Origin: the human T2T-CHM13v2.0 reference genome, Homo sapiens | NCBI RefSeq assembly: GCF_009914755.1 | Contig: NC_060939.1 | Length of the DNA: 64,000 bases | Reading direction: 5' to 3' (one strand) | Part shown: piece after piece, positions 56,601 through 64,000 of the stretch | Position numbering within the stretch: the stretch's first letter is position 1 | How the letters are laid out: each line of letters opens with the position of its first letter | Notes under the pieces: model-generated | The model's database searches: none | What the model was told of the DNA's origin: nothing | What the model saw: the letters and a program-made list of their open reading frames with translations, nothing else | Program-made: the position numbers and the translations under genes

Positions 56601-59600
56601 ATTCCATTGCATTCCGTTCGAATCCCTATTCCATTCCATTTTGTTACTGTCCATTCCATTTGAGTCCATTCCACGCCAAACCATTCCATTCGATTCCATT
56701 AAAATAGATTCCATTGCACTCGAATCCAGTGCGTTCCATTCCATTGCTTTCCATTCTATTACATTCCATTCCATTTGATTGCATTACATTCCATTCCATT
56801 TGATTGCATTCCATTCAATTCCATTAATTTCGAATCAATTACATTGCAATCCATTGCATTCGAGTTCTATTCCAGTCCATTGCATTCCGGTGCATGCCGT
56901 TCCATTCCATTCCATTCGCTTCCGTTCCATTCGAATCGATTGCATTGCAATGCTTTACATTCGAGTCCGTTTTATTCCAGGCCAATCCATTCCGGTCCAT
57001 TCCGTTCGATTCCATTCCATTCGATGCCACTCCATACTATTGTATTTCATTCGATTCCATTCTATTCAAATAAATTCCATTCGATACCATTCCTTTCGAG
57101 TCCATTCTATTTGAGTCCATTCCATTCGAGTCCATTATATTTGGGTCCATTCCATTCAATTCCATTGCAATCGATTCCATTCGATGTCACTCCATTCATT
57201 TCTATTCCATTAGAGTCCATGTCATTCGAGACCATTCCATTCTATTCTATTCCACTCCATTCCGTTCCATTCCACTCCATTCCATTCGTTGCCGTTCCAT
57301 TCAATTCTTTTATATTCCACTCCATTTAATTCCATTCCATTCCATTCCATTCCATTCTATCCAATTCCGTGCCATTCTATTCCTTTAAAGTCCATTCCAT
57401 TCCATTCCATTCGTTTCCATTCCATTCGAGTAAAGTCCACTCCAGTCCTTTCCATTCGAGTCCATTCCTCTCCAGTCCATTCCGTTCAATCCATTCCATT
57501 CCAGTCCATTCCATTCGAGTCCGTTCCATTCCAGTCCATTCCATTAGAGTCAATTCCATTCCATTCGATATCTTTCCATAAAGATCCATTCCATTCTATT
57601 CCTTTCGATTCCATTCAATTCCATTCCATTCTGTTTCATCCCATTCGATTCCCTTCCATTGGACTCCTTTCCATTCGAGTGCATTCCATTCCGTTCCATT
57701 TCTTTCTGTTCTGTATGATTCCTACCGTTCGATTTCATTTTGTTCCAGTCTATTCCTTTCAAGTCCATTCCATTCCATTTCACTCCATTCGATTCCATTC
57801 CACTCGATTCCACTCCGTTCCATTTCATTGCACTCCATTCTATTCAATTCTATTGCATTCCATTCCATTCCATTTGATTACATTCCATGCGATTCCATTC
57901 GAATTCGAATCAATTACATTGAAATCCATTACTATTGAGTCCGTTTTATTCCAGTCCACTCCATTCTGCTCCATTCCATTTGATTCCATTCCATTCTATT
58001 CCATTCCGTACAGTTGCATTCCATTGGATTCCATTCTACATCTATAAATGCAACTCGAGACCATTGCTTTTGAGTCCATTCTATATGATTCCATTCCATT
58101 CAAGTCCATTACATTTGGTTCAATTCCATTCCATTCCATTCCCTTCCATTCCATTCCATTTGATATCAATCCATTCGATTCCATTCCATTCGAGCACATT
58201 CCATTCGAGTCCATTCCATTCGATGCCATTCCATTTGATTCTATTCCATTAGTATCCATTCAATTCCATTAATCTCCATTCCATTCCATTCTACTCCAAC
58301 TGATTCCATTCCATTCTATTCCTTTCCATTCCATTCCATTCCATTCCATTCGCTTCCATTCCATTCGTGTCCATTCCACTCCAGTCCATTCCATTCGTGT
58401 CCATTCCATTCCAGTCCATTCCATTTGTGTCCCCTGTATTCCATTCCACTCCATTCCATATTATTCCATTACACTCCATTCCATTCTATTACTTTCATTT
58501 CCATTCAGTTCCATTCCATTTGATTCCATTCCACTCGGTTTCATTCCATTTGAGTCCATTCCATTCCATTCCATTCCATTCCATTCCATTCCATTCCATT
58601 CCGTTCCGTTCCATTCTGTTCCATTCCATTCCATTCAATTCTATTGGGTACATTTCCATATTGTTCCATTCGATTCCATTCGAATCAATTCCATTCCAGT
58701 CCATTCCATTCGATTCCATTCCATTCCTTTCAATTCCATTCCATTCCTTTCGACTCCACTTGATTCCACTCCATTCCCTTCCACTGCATTCCATTCGATT
58801 CCATTCCATTGCATTGCATTCCATTCCATTGGATTGCATTCCATTCGATTCCATTCCATTCGAATCAATTACATAGCCATCCATTACATTCGAGTCTGTT
58901 CTATTCCGTTCCATTCGATTTCGTTCCAATCCATTCGATTCCATTCCATTCGATTCCATTCCATACTATTGCATTCCATTCGATTAAATTATACTCGAAT
59001 AAATTCCATTCAAGACCATTTCTGTTGAGTCCATTCTACTTGAATCCATTCCCTTTGATTCCATAACATTTGAGTCCATTCAATTCCATTCCTTTCGTTT
59101 CCATTCCATTTGATGCCATTCCATTCAATTCTGTTCTACTCGACTACAATACATTCAATTCCATTCCATCCGATTCCATTACATTCTTTTCATTTCTTAT
59201 CCATTTCAAGCCATTCCATTCCATTCCATTCCATTCCACTCGTTTCCTTTCCGTTCGAGTCCATTCCACTCCAGTCCATTCCATTCGAATCCATTTCACT
59301 CCAGTCCATTCCATTCGAATCCATTTCACTCCAGTCCATTAAATTCGAGTACATTCCATTCCATTCTATTCAATTCCATTCCATTCGATTCTATTCCATT
59401 CGACACCATTCCTTTCCATTCCGTTCCATCCGATTCCATTCCATTGTATTCCATTCAATTCCATTCCATTGAATTCCATTCGTTTCCATTCCATTCGAAT
59501 TCATTCCACTCAAGTCCATTCCATTCGAGTCCATTTCATTCGATATCATTCCATACTATTGCATTCCATTCGATTCCATTGTTTTCGAATAAATTCCAAC

Positions 59601-62600
59601 CGAGAGCATTCCTTTCGTGTCCATTCTATTTGACTGCATTCCATTTGAGTCCATTAAATTTCTGCACATTCCATTCCTTTCCATTCCATTCCATTCCATT
59701 CCTTTCGGTGCCATTCCATTCCACTGTAATCCATTCAAGTCCATTCCATTTGAGTCCATTCCATTGATTCGATGCCATGACATTCAATTCTATTCCATTC
59801 GACTCCATTCCATTCCATTCCCTTCCAAACGATTCCATTCCATTGTATTACTTTCTATTCCAATCCATTCCATTCCGTTCCATTCGTTTCCATTCCATTC
59901 GAGTCCACTCCATTCCAGTCCATTCCTTTCGAGTCCATTCCATTCCAGTCCATTCCATTCAAGTCCATTCTACTCCATTCCATTCCATTCGATATCTTTC
60001 GATAACACCCCATTCCATTCTGCTCCTTACTATTTAATTCAATTCCATTCCATTTGATTCCATTCCATTTGATTAATTTCCATTCGACTCCATTCCATTC
60101 GACTCTTTTCCATTCGAGTCCATTCCATTCCTTTCCATTGCATTCCGTTCGAATCCCTATTCCATTCCATTTTGTTACTGTCCATTCCATTTGAGTCCAT
60201 TCCATGACAAACCATTCCATTCGATTCCATTCCAACAGATTCCATTGCACTCGAATCCAGTGCGTTCCATTCCATTGCTTTCCATTCTATTACATTCCAT
60301 TGCATTACATTCCATTCTATTTGATTGCATTCCATTCAATTCCATTAATTTCGAATCAATTACATTGCAATCCATTGCATTCGAGTTCTATTCCAGTCCA
60401 TTGCATTCCGGCGCATGCCGTTCCATTCTATTCCATTCGCTTCCGTTCCATTCGAATCGATTGCATTGCAATGCTTTACATTCGAGTCCGTTTTATTCCA
60501 GTCCAATCCATTCCGGTCCATTCCGTTCGATTCCATTCCATTCGATGCCACTCCATACTATTGTATTTCATTCGATTCCATTCTATTCAAATAAATTCCA
60601 TTCGAGACCATTCCTTTCGAGTCCATTCTATTTGAGTCCATTCCATTCGAGTCCATTATATTTGGGTCCATTCCATTCAATTCCATTGCAATCCATTCCA
60701 TTCGATGTCACTCCATTCATTTCTATTCCATTAGAGTCCATGTCATTCGAGTCCATTCCATTCTATTCTATTCCACTCCATTCCATTCCATTCCACTCCA
60801 TTCCATTCGTTGCCGTTCCATTCCATTCTATTCTATTCCACTCCATTTAATTCCATTCCATTCCATTCCATTCTATCCAATTCCGTTCCATTCTATTCCT
60901 TTAAAGTCCATTCCATTCCATTCCATTCGTTTCCATTCCATTCGAGTAAAGTCCACTCCAGTCCTTTCCATTCGAGTCCATTCCTCTCCAGACCATTCCG
61001 TTCAATCCATTCCATTCCAGTCCATTCCATTCGAGTCCGTTCCATTCCAGTCCATTCCATTCGAGTCAATTCCATTCCATTCGATATCTTTCCATAACGA
61101 TCCATTCCATTCTATTCCTTTCGATTCCATTCAATTCCATTCCATTCTATTTCATTCCATTCGATTCCCTTCCATTGGACTCCTTTCCATTCGAGTGCAT
61201 TCCATTCCGTTCCATTTCTTTCTGTTCTGTATGATTCCTACCGTTCGATTTCATTTTGTTCCAGTCTATTCCTTTCAAGTCCATTCCATTCCATTTCACT
61301 CCATTCGATTCCATTCCACTCGATTCCACTCCGTTCTATTTCATTGCATTCCATTCTATTCAATTCTATTGCATTCCACTCCATTCCATTTGATTACATT
61401 CCATGCGATTCCATTCGAATTCGAATCAATTACATTGAAATCCATTACTATTGAGTCCGTTTTATTCCAGTCCACTCCCTTCTGCTCCATTCCATTTGAT
61501 TCCATTCTATTCTATTCCATTCCGTGCAGTTGCATTCCATTGGATTCCATTCTATATCTATAAATGCAACTCGAGACCATTGCTTTTGAGTCCATTCTAT
61601 ATGATTCCATTCCATTCAAGTCCATTACATTTGGTTCAATTCCATTCCATTCCATTCCCTTCCATTCCATTCCATTTGACATCAATCCATTCGATTCCAT
61701 TCCATTCGAGCACATTCCATTCGAGTCCATTCCATTCGATGCCATTCCATTTGATTCTATTCCATTAGACTCCATTCAATTCCATTAATCTCCATTCCAT
61801 TCCATTCTACTCCAACTGATTCCATTCCATTCTATTCCTTTCCATTCCATTCCATTCCATTCCATTCGCTTCCATTCCATTCGTGTCCATTCCACTCCAG
61901 TCCATTCCCTTCGTGTCCATTCCATTCTATTCCATTCCATTTGTGTCCACTGCATTCCATTCCACTCCATTCCATATTATTCCATTACACTCCATTCCAT
62001 TCTATTACTTTCATTTCCATTCAGTTCCATTCCATTTGATTCCATTCCACTCGGTTTCACTCCATTTGAGTCCATTCCATTCCATTCCATTCCATTCCAT
62101 TCCATTCCATTCTGTTCCATTCCATTCCATTCCATTCTATTGGGTACCATTCCATATTGTTCCATTCGATTCCATTCGAATCCATTCCATTCCAGTCCAT
62201 TCCATTCGATTCCATTCCATTCCATTCGATTCCACTTGATTCCACTCCATTCCCTTCCACTGCATTCCATTCGATTCCATTCCATTGCATTGCATTCCAT
62301 TCCATTGGATTGCATTCCATTCGATTCCATTCCATTCGAATCAATTACATAGCAATCCATTACATTCGAGTCTGTTCTATTCCGTTCCATTCGATTTCGG
62401 TCCAATCCATTCGATTCCATTCCATTCGATTCCATTCCATACTATTGCATTCCATTCGATTAAATTATACTCGAATAAATTCCATTCAAGACCATTTCTG
62501 TTGAGTCCATTCTACTTGAGTCCATTCCCTTTGATTCCATAACATTTGAGTCCATTCAATTCCATTCCTTTCGTTTCCATTCCATTTGATGCCATTCCAT

Positions 62601-64000
62601 TCAATTCTGTTCTACTCGACTGCAATACATTCAATTCCATTCCATCCGATTCCATTACATTCTTTTCATTTCTTATCCATTTCAAGCCATTCCATTCCAT
62701 TCCATTCCATTCCACTCGTTTCCTTTCCATTCGAGTCCATTCCACTCCAGTCCATTCCATTCGAATCCATTTCACTCCAGTCCATTCCATTCGAATCCAT
62801 TTCACTCCAGTCCATTAAATTCGAGTACATTCCATTCCATTCTATTCAATGCCATTCCATTCGATTCTATTCCATTCGACACCATTCCTTTCCATTCCGT
62901 TCCATCCGATTCCATTCCATTGTATTCCATTCAATTCCATTCCATTGCATTCCATTCGTTTCCATTCCATTCGAATTCATTCCACTCAAGTCCATTCCAT
63001 TCGAGTCCATTCCATTCGATATCATTCCATACTATTGCATTCCATTCGATTCCATTGTTTTCCAATAAATTCCAACCGAGACCATTCCTTTCGTGTCCAT
63101 TCTATTTGACTGCATTCCATTTGAGTCCATTAAATTTCTGCACATTCCATTCCTTTCCATTCCATTCCATTCCATTCCTTTTGGTGCCATTCCATTCCAC
63201 TCTAATCCATTCAAGTCCATTCCATTTGAGTCCATTCCATTGATTCGATGCCATGACATTCAATTCTATTCCATTCGACTCCATTCCATTCCATTCCCTT
63301 CCAAACGATTCCATTCCATTCTATTACTTTCTATTCCAATCCATTCCATTCCGTTCCATTGGTTTCCATTCCATTCGAGTCCACTCCATTCCAGTCCATT
63401 CCATTCGAGTCCATTCCATTCCAGTCCATTCCATTCAAGTCCATTCCACTCCATTCCATTCCATTCGATATCTTTCGATAACACCCCATTCCATTCTGCT
63501 CCTTACTATTCAATTCAATTCCATTCCATTTGATTCCATTCCATTTGATTACATTCCATTCGACTCCATTCCATTCGACTCTATTCCATTCGAGTCCATT
63601 CCATTCCATTCCATTGCATTCCGTTCGAATCCCTATTCCATTCCATTTTGTTACTGTCCATTCCATTTGAGTCCATTCCATGACAAACCATTCCATTCGA
63701 TTCCATTCCAATAGATTCCATTGCACTCGAATCCAGTGCGTTCCATTCCATTGCTTTCCATTCTATTACATTCCATTGCATTACATTCCATTCCATTTGA
63801 TTGCATTCCATTCAATTCCATTAATTTCGAATCAATTACATTGCAATCCATTGCATTCGAGTTCTATTCCAGTCCATTGCATTCCGGCGCATGCCGTTCC
63901 ATTCCATTCCATTCGCTTCCGTTCCATTCGAATCGATTGCATTGCAATGCTTTACATTCGAGTCCGTTTTATTCCAGTCCAATCCATTCCGGTCCATTCC
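50644..64000 (+). repeat. Standard monomers U14 (3,471 bp), U15 (3,516 bp), U16 (3,516 bp) and partial U17
   Basis: Landmarks at 50644, 54115, 57631, 61147. Confidence 0.88.

Larger units (their letters stand above)
1..64000 (+). repeat. Satellite III (HSat3-type) (CATTC)n pericentromeric tandem array, C-rich strand on +
   Basis: Continuous diverged CATTC pentamers (variants GATTC, GAGTC, CAGTC, CACTC, TATTC), pure runs up to ~15 units, very G-poor + strand throughout. I did not see the ATGATG-rich motif typical of HSat2. Confidence 0.95.

Noticed and set aside
1-64000. Hundreds of ORFs up to 325 aa (HSIPF- and MEWNG-repeat peptides)
   Set aside because: (CATTC)n has no stop codon in any frame on either strand, so such ORFs are expected. 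They overlap in all frames and show no recognisable domain.
1-64000. CRISPR array or novel prokaryotic gene system
   Set aside because: No constant repeat with unique spacers, no cas-like or other genuine CDS; the sequence is eukaryotic satellite DNA.
1-64000. Inversion, Alu/L1 insertion, alpha satellite or telomeric repeat
   Set aside because: No GGAAT-oriented block on +, no poly(A) tail or target-site duplication, no 171-bp monomer and no TTAGGG seen.

Overview
The whole 64 kb window is one uninterrupted, single-orientation array of a (CATTC)n/(GGAAT)n classical satellite of the human/great-ape satellite III (HSat3) type, i.e. pericentromeric heterochromatin. I see no genes, RNA genes, transposons, inversions or CRISPR arrays. 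All ORF-track entries are artefacts of a stop-free pentamer (HSIPF on +, MEWNG on -). The information is in the nested structure: 5-bp pentamer, ~0.9-1.1 kb ancestral subunit, a ~3.5 kb monomer plus a ~4.8 kb long-form monomer, and a 14,885-bp higher-order duplication. There are also local tandem duplications (3,312, 1,999, ~296, 95 and 30 bp) and deletion junctions (~380, 1,440, 179 and ~2,000 bp), several coinciding with switches between sequence lineages. Best inference: the common 3.5 kb monomer is a deletion derivative of a 5-subunit ~4.8 kb monomer that survives only in ~6.6-33.4 kb. Coordinates were read by eye from landmark motifs and ORF offsets, so junctions are approximate. Species, chromosome and subfamily cannot be fixed without a search.
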